A stretch of DNA of 64,000 nt from Octopus vulgaris (GCA_951406725.2 OX597820.1:52204001-52268000); one strand, 5' to 3'. Shown: positions 1-13,036, numbered from the stretch's first letter. Translations and numbers: made by a program. The notes: generated from the sequence alone by a model not told the origin.

Positions 1-754
1 AACCCATGCTTGGATGTATAGATATGGGAGTTTCCACAATTTTTTCTTCCATGCATGTATTAATACACCTAACAGCAATAATACTTCGTAGAAAAGCGCA
101 AACTACAATGCACATGCACATGCAAATACAAACTAAAAGAGGTGTGAAGTTGATATTAAAGTGTTAAATAAATTTTTGTTATGCGGAAGGGCCGGTTATT
201 GAAATGAGTAAAACAAATAGGGGTCTCCAATAAATGGAATTAATCCCATGCTGACCGAAATTAGATTAAAACTGAAATAAAAATAAGTGAAACAAGCCAT
301 CAAATTGTATAGAAAAGTAAAGTTAGTTGCATAAAAAGCCAAAATGATTCATTAAGGTGGCAGGTCAAGGTTCCATTTGGGTGAGGTAATGGTAGGGGAA
401 TAGATATTTGTGCACTCAATAGTCTAAATTAAGTTAAGAGTTAATAGGACTGGTGTCATATAATTAAAAGGGGGTGAGAAGACTGTATTGAGGAATCTTA
501 AATTAATAAAATATATTATATAATTTAGTTATTATGTGTGGGAGGGGAAATTTTAAACTCGGGTAGGTTTGTTGTAGGTAATACTGGATTACTTATAAGA
601 GGCCTAGGTATGTAAGTCGATTAAACTAGCTTTAATTGGAAGCAGATATATGCCATCATTTAGTATCGAATTCTGTTATTTCTATGGTGGAGAGCTCTGG
701 GTGCTCTTTGTGGGGATGATGGAAATAGGGTCCCTATTACGATTTATATCTAGA

Positions 755-1041
755 GGAGGTAAATTTACATTTGTGCAGGCAAGCTTTATTTTCTCTTCTC
801 TAAAGTTATGTAATGGGAGTCGGGCTTCTCATACGAGAAATTTTTCATTAATGCACAAATGACTTTTCTTATTTATTTGCATTGCACGAAGAGGAATTTT
901 CATTCTAAAACAAATATGATAGCTTTATCTTTAAGCTCCCAAATATATTTTTCTTCATCCGGTCGAGTTAATCTTATTTCTGTTTCTGAAAGTGTGTTGG
1001 TTTGCAGCTAATCTTCGTTTCATTTCATTTTGGGTATCTCT

Positions 1042-1128
<87 letters not shown>

Positions 1129-2159
1129 TTTTACTAAGCTGTGTTGTGACTGTGCATTGGTAAATTACATCTTTCCATTTAAAAATATTTTCACTGGCGC
1201 AGTTATCTTTATTCCTGAAGTCACATAGGTTGTGCTATGGGGGAGAATTACTGCTGGGTTGGTGTGATGCGTATTATGATCGATAGGGTTATTATGGTTC
1301 TTGGTATTATCATTACTAGGTTTGGGGTGTTTATGGTGGGGGGGTTATTACTATTGTTATTATTGTTACTGTTATTAATGTTACTTCCATCTTCAAACTG
1401 ACAGATTATAGCTAATTGCATTTGTTATCTTTAATTATTACTCGAACAGTAATAAAAATGTCTAGTGTTTTATTATTTAGGGAGGAAATGCTACTAGCTA
1501 AGTTATGTGTAAGAAGGTAACCTATCTTTAGTATTTTAATATTAATAATTTCCGAATACCTGCTATTCTTATCAAAGTGTTTATTTATAATTTTAAATAT
1601 AGATTTAACTAAGTTCGTTTTAATTAGGATTACATACGGGAGAATAAGCCAATTAATATCTTTCGTTTTTCGAGTAATCTTACCGTACGACGCAATTATA
1701 TGGCTGTTCGAGTGACAAATGCTATGTTTGTGCTTATTTGTATTAAGCATCTTATTATCTATGCTATGCATGAACACTAGGTTTCTGCTTATCATGGTTT
1801 GAGTTATTGTTGTTGTCATCGTGATTAGTGATACTATTGGAAGCATTCATTCTTGGCTTCGTTCTCATCATTTTATTATTATATTTATTGCTATAATTAC
1901 TGTTATAATTGGTGTTGTAAGTTCCATTCTTGTTAGTGTTGGGGACTATAAGTTTCTGCGCTTTATTACTTAATTTAGAAATATTGCTATACTCTTTATT
2001 ATTGCTATTAATGTTATCAATGTTGTCATTAGTCATTATATTATTAAATGGGATATATTTAATTATACTTTCGTAATTCGTAACCTGTGTCTTTTACATC
2101 TTTAATGCATTGATCTTTTTGTTTATTGAATAAGTCCTCATTAGTAGACATATAAAAGT

Positions 2160-2161
<2 letters not shown>
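755..2161 (-). pseudogene. Decayed 5'-truncated Penelope-like retroelement ORF (RT thumb/linker plus GIY-YIG endonuclease)
   Basis: Manual minus-strand translation gives RKTKDINWLILPY...KTNLVKSIFKIINKHFDKNSRYSEIINIKILKIGY...NLASSISSLNNKTL (ORF 1412-1846), then LCDFRNKDNC...KDVIYQCTVTT..KRIYI[(TA)n]RDT..MKRRLAANQHTFRN..KINSTG..KYIWELKDK..HLCINEK...CLHKCKF. This matches the typical invertebrate PLE C-terminal pattern, with stops and frameshifts. The 3' UTR may continue toward position 1. Confidence 0.85.
1042..1126. repeat. (TA)n microsatellite lying on the I-Y-I codons of the YIG motif
   Basis: 85-nt TA tract; the minus strand reads AAA AGA [ATA TAT ATA...] AGA GAT ACC. Confidence 0.9.
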
Positions 2162-2164
<3 letters not shown>

Positions 2165-2195
<31 letters not shown>

Positions 2196-2220
2196 CAGAG
2201 AGAGAGAGAGAGAGAGGACA

Positions 2221-2292
<72 letters not shown>
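2165..2292. repeat. Compound (TA)n/(GA)n/(GT)n microsatellite
   Basis: Seen directly; representative of dozens of such tracts in the window. Confidence 0.95.
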
Positions 2293-2742
2293 ATTAGGTT
2301 CGGTGTACAGATATTGAATATAAAAAGGTCGGCCGAATTTTGGAAAAAAAAATATTTTTCCAGAATTCCGGCGACGTATGGATCTTCAGGTTTGGCGAAT
2401 GACCGGCACAAATGTTTTGTCTATAGTGAACAAATGTTCGTGCCGCACACTAGCTCACTTTCTCCATCAAATCGATTATGTCATAACAAGTGCACTGTGT
2501 GCCACGCGTCAGTTGTCGAAGTGATTGCATAGCAACGTGAGATGAAATATTTTGTTCAATTACACAACGCATCTCCAGGTCTAGAAATTGAAATCACCAT
2601 CGCAACATCCTAACCACTATATATATAAGAAAAGATATGACAGCACTTTTAATTGGCTGCACTGTCAAATCTATGACTGTTTGATGGGGGCAGGTTGGGC
2701 TTTTTTTATGCACTTACGCATACATTCACACATACATATATA

Positions 2743-3258
<516 letters not shown>

Positions 3259-3484
3259 AAAAAGGAAAAATACATACACGCATATACATGTGTATACTAT
3301 TTTAGTCGTCTCAGTCGCGCGCGTGTGTGTGTGTATATGAATATATGATTGTGTGTAGATATATATATATAAGCGTGTATACAGATATATGTATATATAT
3401 CTATACACAGGTATATCCAGGCATGTAAGCATATATGTGTATATATCTGTATGTATTTATATAAATATATACTTATATATATAG

Positions 3485-3560
3485 CAGGTGGTGCTATTAA
3501 GTTAGACATGGCCTGGGCCAATAATGGCCGAAACCTATCAAAGTATCAAAGTATCAAAGT
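3485..3560 (+). mobile_element. Very short 3'-end-only copy of the CR1-group LINE family, with a (TATCAAAG)3 tail, inside TA-rich sequence
   Basis: caggtggtgctattaagttagacatggcctgg is identical to 59086-59117, followed by a stem-loop, GAAAC and a tandem tail. Confidence 0.9.
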
Positions 3561-4282
3561 ATATATATATATACATTTATATATAGACTTGTATTTATAT
3601 GTATGTAAATATACACGTGCGTTTATGTGTGTGCGTACGTGTGTGTGCATGTGCATGCATATATATATGTGTGTGTGTGTGTGTTTCCATTTACATACAT
3701 ATATACATAGGCATATGTGCATATGTTTCTATGCATATAAACATACACATATATTTACACACATACATAAACACAAATATAAATATATTGATGCATGTAT
3801 GTTTTTGTGTGTGTGTGTGTGTGTTACACACGTCCCACACACACACTCTCGTACATACACTCACACATACAAACACACACACACACTAGTGCACACACTG
3901 TACTGGTTATTTTTAAGCACTTATACTTTGTATGTGTCTGAATATCAGTCAATCACTTGACTGCGTGCGTAATGGAATCTTCGCGCAGTTGTATCCTGAA
4001 TTACTGTTATGTTCTACACTGATAGCGTCGAATTACAAATTCATTAGGTTCTCACTGCAGGTAGAAACAGAATATAATTCGAAGTTTTAGAATATGGATC
4101 TTTATCAAACAGCAGGAATTGCAGCTGAATGTTGTTTCCCAGCAGGTTCAAATTTCGGTCCCAAGTTAGGATACAATATATGAAACAGCATACCAAATAA
4201 TGGGTCACTGAATTATCACAAATGATTGGTTTTTCAAAGTACAAACCATGTTCAAGTTAAATAAGCAGTTGAGGTATTTTAC

Positions 4283-4319
<37 letters not shown>

Positions 4320-4601
4320 TACATACGTATATATACATTCATGCATGCATACATACGTACATATGTTTGTGCATGTGTATATGTGTGTGTGTGCATATTT
4401 CATTATATTTTTCCGAGTGGGTGCTTTTACGTACGCAGCTTTTCCAGAATACGTTGCGCATGTGTGAGTATGTAAGTAGATTCATGTCTTTAAATTGATC
4501 TACTTTTGAACTTATAGAAGTATACGGTGTAATTTTTCTAGCTTCACACACTTTGTCGCCAACATGTCTAACTGTACAAAAATACCATGTGCAGATATAT
4601 A

Positions 4602-4710
4602 TACGGGGTGATGTTGAAAAGTTTCTGGTATTAAATGTATCGCAAAAGGCCTGGTTGGAGATCCATACTTCCAAGTTCTTTTACAGAATTAATAAAAACT
4701 GAAGGACTAA
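4602..4710 (+). mobile_element. Partial mariner-derived MITE
   Basis: Starts TAC.GGG.TG.TGAAAAGTT.CTGG like the TIRs at 5288 and 5794; internal sequence is homologous to 5288-5400. Confidence 0.65.
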
Positions 4711-4827
4711 ATTTTGTATATGTATATATATATATATATATAAGATTGAATGGAATTCTAACTCTGTTTTTTATGTTTTATTTATATTGTTTAGAATATT
4801 AATGTAGAACATAGAATATATAGAATG

Positions 4828-4863
<36 letters not shown>

Positions 4864-5005
4864 AAATGAAACGAAGCATTGATTGTCTTATTGAATAGAT
4901 GAAATATTGAATATCGAATATTAAAGGACTTGTATACTTTCTTGCATTTAAGAAGTCTTCAAGGTGCCAGGTTGTGACAGGAAAGTTTCAACTGTTTCAA
5001 TGTTT

Positions 5006-5053
<48 letters not shown>

Positions 5054-5071
5054 CATACACATATTAGTCCT

Positions 5072-5145
<74 letters not shown>

Positions 5146-5157
5146 CATTTTAGTCCT

Positions 5158-5200
<43 letters not shown>

Positions 5201-5287
5201 TTATACATATGTGTTCATATGCAAGTATGCATGCATGTATGTATGTACGTATGTATGCCTGTTTGTATGCATGTACGTACGTATGTA

Positions 5288-5510
5288 TAGGAGAGTGCGT
5301 CGAAAAATTCCTGGCTTCAAGTGTATCACGAAAGGCTTAATTGAAAGCTCATCTACGCTGAGTTATTTTACAGGGCATAGAAAACAGTAAAGGACCGCTA
5401 CAATAGGTGTGTGAATCTGAGAAAGAATTATGCTGAATAAAATTATAATTAAGTGATCCTCCTGTATTTTCTGACAGCCAAAGCCAGGAACTTTTCAGCA
5501 CTTCATTGTA
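5288..5510 (+). mobile_element. Mariner-derived MITE
   Basis: Degenerate TIRs (gtgcgtcgaaaaattcctggctt ... aagccaggaacttttcagcac), TA-flanked; interior resembles the mariner transposase C-terminus (..RCVNLR.xYAE*). Confidence 0.7.
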
Positions 5511-5793
5511 CAGATTATATTTTGAGTAAAATGATTGCCGATATGATTGCTGAAAAATAGAAGCTCTAGAAATCACATATAGAATACACAATTATATATC
5601 ACTACCCTTTTATCAACACTTTGATTTAAAAATCTTCCTTGTATTGAGTGTAGATTAGAGCCATTTAACATTATTTTGTGTTTTTTGACGACAAGCCTGT
5701 GCTGGAATCTTTGAACTGGCTTCTGTTTCTCTCTATACCAATTTTTTCCAACCTATTTTCTCCAAAGCCTCTCTATAACGTTCCAGTCAATTG

Positions 5794-5962
5794 TACGATG
5801 GGGTGCGGAAAAGTTCCTAGCTTTGGGTAAATTCCAAACAGATTTCTCTCTCAGATTCACGCACTTATTGCAGTATTTCTAAGCCCTGTAAAAGAACTCG
5901 GAATTCTAAACAGGCCGTTTGCCATAGCCTTTAAGCAAGGGACTTCTCAGCAACCCCTCGTA
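5794..5962 (-). mobile_element. Mariner-derived MITE, opposite orientation
   Basis: TA-cgatggggtgcggaaaagttcc ... gggacttctcagcaacccctcg-TA; interior is the reverse complement of the 5288 copy. Confidence 0.75.
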
Positions 5963-6738
5963 TGCCGCAACAGTGCTCGGGAAAATAAACGATTTAGTCC
6001 TAAAATTTCTTTATATGCCTTCCTTAAAGAAATATCCACACTAGGGAATTAGAACAGGGTTTTAGTGTAGCAAACGGGCCACACAGTATGCATGTGGGTG
6101 TGGGATTGGTTTAGCTAGGCTGAATATAGATGTAGTATGTTTGCTGTGAAAAATATGTTCACAATTCAATATCCCACTAAAGAAATAAAGAAAAAATTTG
6201 GATCTCGTTTCCCACTGCTAGGTTGTATGCTCAACGTTGGGAACCACAACACGTACAGCCAAACTATGTGTAATCCACTTCTTGTATGGTTTTCATTTCC
6301 AATATTTTTCATACACCACCAACGGCTTCCGCAAAACATACGGCCGCATTATTATGACATCAATTTATGTGTTATGACGACAGATGCCAGCCTATGAAAC
6401 AGCATTGCTCTTGTATCAAGGTAGTGATCTCATAATTGCAAAGCAAATTCTTAGGCTAAACATTCCTGAACTTTTCTCCAGTTACAAACGAAATATATTC
6501 ATCGAGTATTTGTAATACCTGCCATTTCCGTAACCCCAATGACAGAGAGGTTATATTTTCCAAAATGACCTACGGGTTTCTTCGAACAGATATTTAAAAG
6601 TGATATCAATGAAAAGATTCCCTTTACAGAACATGTTTACTTGTCGTAGTTGTTGTTCTAAGAGCAATTGACGCACATAGTATTGTTGCTGGTGATGGTT
6701 TTGACTTCACTGTTGTTGTTGTTCATCATCATCATCAC

Positions 6739-6817
6739 CTTCTTCTTCTTCTTCTTCTTCTTCTTCTTCTTCTTCTTCTTCTTCTTCTTCTTCTTCTTCT
6801 TCTTCTTCTTCTTCTTC
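6739..6817. repeat. (CTT)n microsatellite
   Basis: Seen directly. Confidence 0.95.
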
Positions 6818-7067
6818 GTCTTCTTTTTGTTCTTTTTTATGTTGCTCTTTATTTTCTTACATTGAAAACTGCATTTGACAGTAATTGATTTCTCTTTCTG
6901 AATAATTGGTATATTTCTAGACAGATTACAAAAGTACTACAGCAAATTCACCTGCGACTACTGCCACTACAAATACTGCAAATACCACCACAAGAACAAC
7001 CACCATGGTAACCGCCACTATCACCACCACTACAACTACTACAAGAGTAGCGACAACAACAATGACA

Positions 7068-7142
<75 letters not shown>
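7068..7142. repeat. (ACT)12(AGT)13 palindromic microsatellite
   Basis: AGT is the reverse complement of ACT; the switch occurs at 7103/7104. Confidence 0.95.
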
Positions 7143-7143
<1 letters not shown>

Positions 7144-7239
7144 CTCTAGTTAGTTTGCTGTTATTTATATTGTTCTGTCTTCACCATGGCAGCTCAGTAT
7201 CATAGAAATTTTCCGTGTGTTCCTTTCACCTTCTTCAGT

Positions 7240-7580
7240 TGGGCGCATGACAGTTTGGTAAGGATCTTGTTTCCTAATCACATGGGTCCAGGTTCAGTCC
7301 CCTTGCGTGATACTTTGAGTAGAAGTTCTACTATTGCCTCTGGCAGAGCTAAGTGCTATGACTGGAATTAGTAGACAGAAAGTATATTTATATGTGTGTG
7401 TGTGAGTGTATTTGTCACTCATTACCAGTGAAGTGTGGCTACATCACCGTCCCGTAAATTAGCCCTTCAGCAAAAGAGTCCGATAGAATAAGTGCCAAGA
7501 TTTCAAATATAAGTAGTGTGATCGATTTGTTCGACTAAACTCATTGAAGGTGGTGCCTTGGCATGGCCGCAGTATAATGA
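7240..7580 (+). mobile_element. SINE family A, diverged copy
   Basis: ggttcagtcccc B-box-like motif; tail ggtggtgccttggcatggccgcagt. Confidence 0.75.
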
Positions 7581-7603
7581 AAGGAAATATATATATATAT
7601 ATA

Positions 7604-7809
7604 GTTACTCCATATATGAACAAAGAGAAGACACAACAAAGCGTGGACGGGGAAGAAGTACAGTGTTATTGGACACTCAGGAAAGGAAAGAAAGAAGGAT
7701 GATTTAACGTTTCGAGCGGAGCTCTTCGTCAGAAACATAGTAAAAGGAAAGGTCCAAGGACCGGAAGACGAAAAATGAAAATCGCCAACGATACACACGC
7801 GGTCACATT
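7604..7809 (-). mobile_element. About 200-bp hammerhead-bearing element (solo pLTR-like) between microsatellites
   Basis: Homologous in reverse orientation to 26368-26575; flanked by (TA)n and (CA)n. Confidence 0.8.
7699..7738 (-). ncRNA. Minimal type-I hammerhead ribozyme motif, intact core
   Basis: Minus strand: ATGTTT-CTGACGA-A-GAGC(TCC)GCTC-GAAA-CGT-T-A-AATCAT; palindromic AACGTT stem III; 6-bp stem I with one mismatch. Confidence 0.75.
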
Positions 7810-7816
7810 CATATAG

Positions 7817-7889
<73 letters not shown>

Positions 7890-10800
7890 CATACGCGTTT
7901 TGCCCTCAAAAACTATACAGAATCACATGCACATACGTACACGACACACATACATACGCATGTGCATATACAAACACACATATGTAATATATTACCCTAT
8001 ATTTTAATGTGAGTCATACTAGGTGAACTTAAACAAAGGTCAAGTTTGTGTGTCTCGGTGTACATAACACACTACCAGAAACCTATTTTGCCCTAACACA
8101 AATAGTAGATGCACTAAATTTCCATCATACACCGGTAAAACGAAATTAATGAGATAGACGAAATTAATAAGATGTATAATATTGGAACATGTTTGAATTG
8201 AGATCCCTTACTTTACACGTAGTAAATCTGATATGAATACGGTGACAGTTTTGGATTGAGCGCATATTTTGAACTGTTATAACTATTTCGGAAAGGCTGC
8301 AAAATATGCGTCTACAGAAGAGTTTACTCTATCGTCAAATATAAAAAAACTAGAGTAAAATTAATTATTATATTACTAAGACAAGCTAAACACATTTGCA
8401 ATGAAATATATAAACACAAGCACACACGCACATACACGCACACACACACGCATACACACAGATACGCACGCTTAATCATATATATGGTCAGGTGTTGCTC
8501 ATTTTTTCTGTTATGAAATTTCTGTTTATAAAATATAATATATTGCATTCAGAAATAGTTCATTTGAAAAACAAACAGAAAATATTCGAATTGAACAAGT
8601 TTATCCGTTATACATATTTAGGAAAGGAAATAGACTGTAGACGTGAAGTCGATTGAAATATTTTCTACACGAACATAGTTAACTTATATCAAATTGAATC
8701 AATTACATCGGACTTGCCGACAACAGAGTAAAAAAACTATATAAATATCTTTCAGGGCTAAGATATATCGGTTTGCGTGATTTTTCTTTCGATCTGGCAT
8801 TCGGTATTTGGCTGTCTATTCCTGATGACCCGAAGCAGGGTGAAATTATGTGATAATACCTTGACGTCAGCCGATGCTGGGAAAATGTCGACAATTGATA
8901 TTATCGGAACTATTTTCTAGCGTCTATCATGTACACTGGGTGTTGTAAACAATAGGTTTTACACATAATTTGTTATAAAAAGAGCATGTAAGTCATAATG
9001 TGCTGATTAATTTTCTTCATAAAGATTACTTCTGTCGCTAATAACAAATTCATATACAGCTCGCCAGCATTTTGCGACATCACTGGCAGTTTAGTTAATA
9101 CTAAACAATATCTGTTTGACGAATTTTAGATCTGATATTCGTCGTTTGGCTGTTTGTTGCTGATCATCCGAAACACGAGGAAATCACGTGATACAACAGT
9201 GTGATTCGACAGTGCCGACAAAATATCGATAACCGATAATATTTGTCCTTTTCGGCATTTGCCTTTTACAGGATTCAGTAAAAGGAATGTATCTGACAAA
9301 GCAAACTCGTGTGTACACCGTGCAGGAATATCTGCTTGTCTACCCATCAAAACCCTTGACGTGATGCTCTTTATCATTACAGGAAGCGGACGGATATTCG
9401 AACCAACAAAATACAGCAATTAATAGAAAATTTGATAAAAAGTTTTGCAATTTAGACTAACGTAAAGTGCAACAAAGAAATCATGCTGCAAAACTCTACT
9501 TCGACCATTCAAGGATACATATCGATGTAACGATACATGCATAAAACTGACAACATTTGCAGACAGACTGCAGCTTCAGTTCATCTGAAAAACTGAAAAA
9601 AACCCCAAAGACTCAAAGAGATTAACGTGAAATTCAGCCAATTAACAGCTGGTTTTGATGGACGTGTCTTTCCATGCGTTGATATGCATATCTAACGGCT
9701 TTTCGTTTAATAGGGATCCTATTACAAACTCCTCTTTATTCAATAAGGTATTGATCACTTTGTTTTATCGTGTAATTCTATACCAGAAGAACTAAGTCAT
9801 TCGCGTAGGACAAGATGTCCCAAAAGTTTACAAGTTGAAAAAGAAGCCTCAAAACACACGTTGACATTTAAGTCGAAATAGAAGATACTCCAAACAGATA
9901 TAGTATGTGATACCAAAACAAGCAAATAAGTCACCATTTAGAATTAGGATCGATGCCTGCTCTGCATATAACACCTGAAAGTAGAGTACATTGTCGACAG
10001 TTTTACATTGATATAAACTGGAAAGAAGAACACAGTAATCAGATATTTTAGCCATTGTTGAGTAAGTGTTGTTGAAGGAATTATCTACTGCGCATTGTAT
10101 ATCTTGGATACTGTCGGTGATAGGTCTGCCGACAACAACTACTCTTGTTTTTGTAGAACAGACAATACTATCAACAACGAGTTTCAAGTTCTTTGCTAGT
10201 ATCTCAAACACAATCCTAGAATTACTGCTCTGACCTGAAAGAAACACGAAGGATTATCCCCTTGGTTGCGATTAGCGTCAAGATTCGTGTTAATATATTT
10301 ACAAATTTTCCTAGATTTCAGCCAAAGTCTATGCACTTTTTAGAAGATGTAAATGACAATATAGATATCAACTGTTACATATTCTCAGATAACTCGAAGA
10401 ACAGATCATCCAAACCTGATATTTTCTTCTCACACAGTATCACTGTATTTTCTGTGCTTCATGTATTTCTACTACCATTCCTGAATTCTCGTAGCATTCT
10501 TACTCTTTTTGTGAGAATCACTACCTGAGGTAAAGCACAAAGAGACCAGTGCATCCCTAAAATTCGAGAAACTTTTTCTTAAAACCGATTGCATGATTTA
10601 GAAACTTTTTGTGATAGGATAGGACATCCAATTTTGTTTAGGATGACTGTAATGATAATCGTGCATAGTAATAGTTAACGGCCAAACACGCAAAATATTT
10701 AAACCGTCACATTACTAATTTTACGAATCCACCACTCTGGTGGGACTGGAGGACTCGTAATATTTTCCTGCAGTTCTGGTATAGATATCTACATCCCGTT

Positions 10801-11356
10801 TTTTCTCACAGGTGCAAGTTTTAAGCTTCTTTCATTCGATGTGAATAAAAAGTAATGATCGGGTACCTGTGTTGATTAAATCGAATACGGTTTACCTCTT
10901 TTAATTAACAGCTTTTACGGATTATATAATTTATTTTGTTTATCGTTCCTCATCGGCACACGCAAAGTGTACAATATTCTCATTGTAACGTATTCGATAG
11001 AATCCATCAGTGATTCTTTTTTATCGATTGTCTGAGCCCAGTGGAATAAAATCAAAAATCGATTTCGCGATGTTCGCTTACTATATGCTGAATATAATTA
11101 GAATGTTACCCAACGTTAGCTTTCAAATGAATTTACGAAATTTATCTTCTAATTGTCGTACATTTATCTTATAAAGGTGTCGTTAAATGGGCAGTGCCTG
11201 CCTGGAGTATCAAAGAATTCGTTTATAACGTGTTAATGCATTATTAATGCATCAATGTTTGATACCACTGCCCGAAATTTTCAGCGTGAAATGTATTACC
11301 TTCTTAATGAATATAGCGGAGGACAAACGTGTTATATATATATATATGTACATGTG

Positions 11357-11433
<77 letters not shown>

Positions 11434-11509
11434 ATACATACATACACATATACATAAATAAATACATGCATACAAACATGTATATATGGGTATTATACCC
11501 CACTTTTTA

Positions 11510-11548
<39 letters not shown>

Positions 11549-11723
11549 CATACAAGTAGAGGTATTGTGATGCAAATAAAGAAAATAGATTAAAATCATG
11601 GGTATAGGCTAGTTCAGGATACTTTGTAGATAAGATAGCACTAATATCGCCACTCATTTTGAAATCTGGAAACAGTTAGAGACGTAATGATCGACGTGGA
11701 GCACAACGAAAATCCAGACAACA

Positions 11724-11758
11724 ATGTATCTGTTCGTTTTGAACGCTCATCAGATTGA
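11724..11758 (-). ncRNA. Degenerate hammerhead-like motif
   Basis: Minus strand: CAAT-CTGATGA-GCGTT(CAA)AACG-AACAGATAC-ATTG; the GAAA half is damaged. Confidence 0.35.
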
Positions 11759-12574
11759 CACATGAATATCTGAATGTGTTTTTGTTTTCGTGTTTTCTTT
11801 CCGTCATCAGAGACCACCTCCTCCCTTTAGGCAATCTGTGTGCAAAACACACAATTCACCTGTGTAATAGCATTTCGGTATTTCAAACTTATTTTGTATC
11901 TTCTTCAGTTGAAAGTTACCTCACCTGAACGAGAAATCTAACAGCACGAGGCTCCTCATTAAAAAAATCAGCAAAACAAATTTTCTAATAATACTTACTG
12001 ATGTCTGCGATTATAAGTGTTATTTTCTTTCTTTAATTATGAATTCTACAATCAATAAAATTTATAGGGAAATATTGCAACGTGCCAGGCCTATCATACA
12101 TAGTAAAGATATACTTGGATTTAATCTCCTTTCGGAGAAGATTAATATAATGTTTCATACAAGTTCTATGTAAAATTCACATTCAGATGTTATATCCTTT
12201 GACTTCATTACGAAAATATTTTTTGAAGTATTTTAAAATGCCTATCGGTATAATATCGGATAATAGCGCAATATATTGTTACAAGTACTAAACAGATTAT
12301 AAATTATATTTGTTAATGAGTATTTAATATTCGATAATTTTCTCATTATAAACAGCAATATCAAGCGGGGGACGTCAGAAAAGGGTGGAAAATATTGTTA
12401 TACGTTCTTATTATGCTAAAAGCTTTTGCATCATTAACATAAATTAGAATGTTAAACATATCTTGCCTTATTTATTGCATCTGACTATGTTCTGAGTTCA
12501 AATTCTACTAAAATCAAATTTGTTCATTTCCTGCTAGCCTCTATAGAATAGTGTAGCCATTTACTTAAAGGTCT

Positions 12575-12752
12575 GAAATTTCGGGGGAGAGGCTTAATTT
12601 ATTATATCGGCCCTGGTGTTCAACCGATATTTAATTTATCGACACCGCCAAAAACATAGAGGGCAAGGTTGACCTCAGGACATAAGCGCAAGAGAACGGC
12701 TGCGAAGCATTTTACCTAGCGTGTTAACGATTCTGCAAGCTTGCCGCCTTCC
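12575..12752 (-). mobile_element. SINE family B, diverged copy
   Basis: Reverse complement of the ggcgagctggcagaa.cgttagcacgcc head and the gtcgataaatt module. Confidence 0.7.
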
Positions 12753-12827
12753 AAAGTAGTAAGAAATGCTGACATACATTTTAGTGGGGGAGCTGACAAA
12801 ATGTTTATGACATCAGAGAAAAAAGAA

Positions 12828-12943
12828 CATCTTACTATTTATTCTATCGGTGCCTATTGCCGAACCTCTAGATTATGGCGACGTAAACAAACCGACATCG
12901 CTAGTCAAGCGATACAAGGGGACAAACACAGACACACAAACAC

Positions 12944-13036
<93 letters not shown>

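Noticed and set aside
4925-4970. Minus-strand TTGAAGA...GAAA-GTATAC between TA tracts, a possible hammerhead
   Set aside because: Stem I and stem II pairing are too weak to call.
6668-7205. Poly-Phe and poly-Thr/Ser ORFs resembling membrane or mucin proteins
   Set aside because: Trinucleotide microsatellite read-throughs.
9560-10620. Possible old LINE RT on the minus strand (also 33000-33900, 54200-54600, 59720-59890)
   Set aside because: Only faint motif traces; cannot be supported without a profile search.
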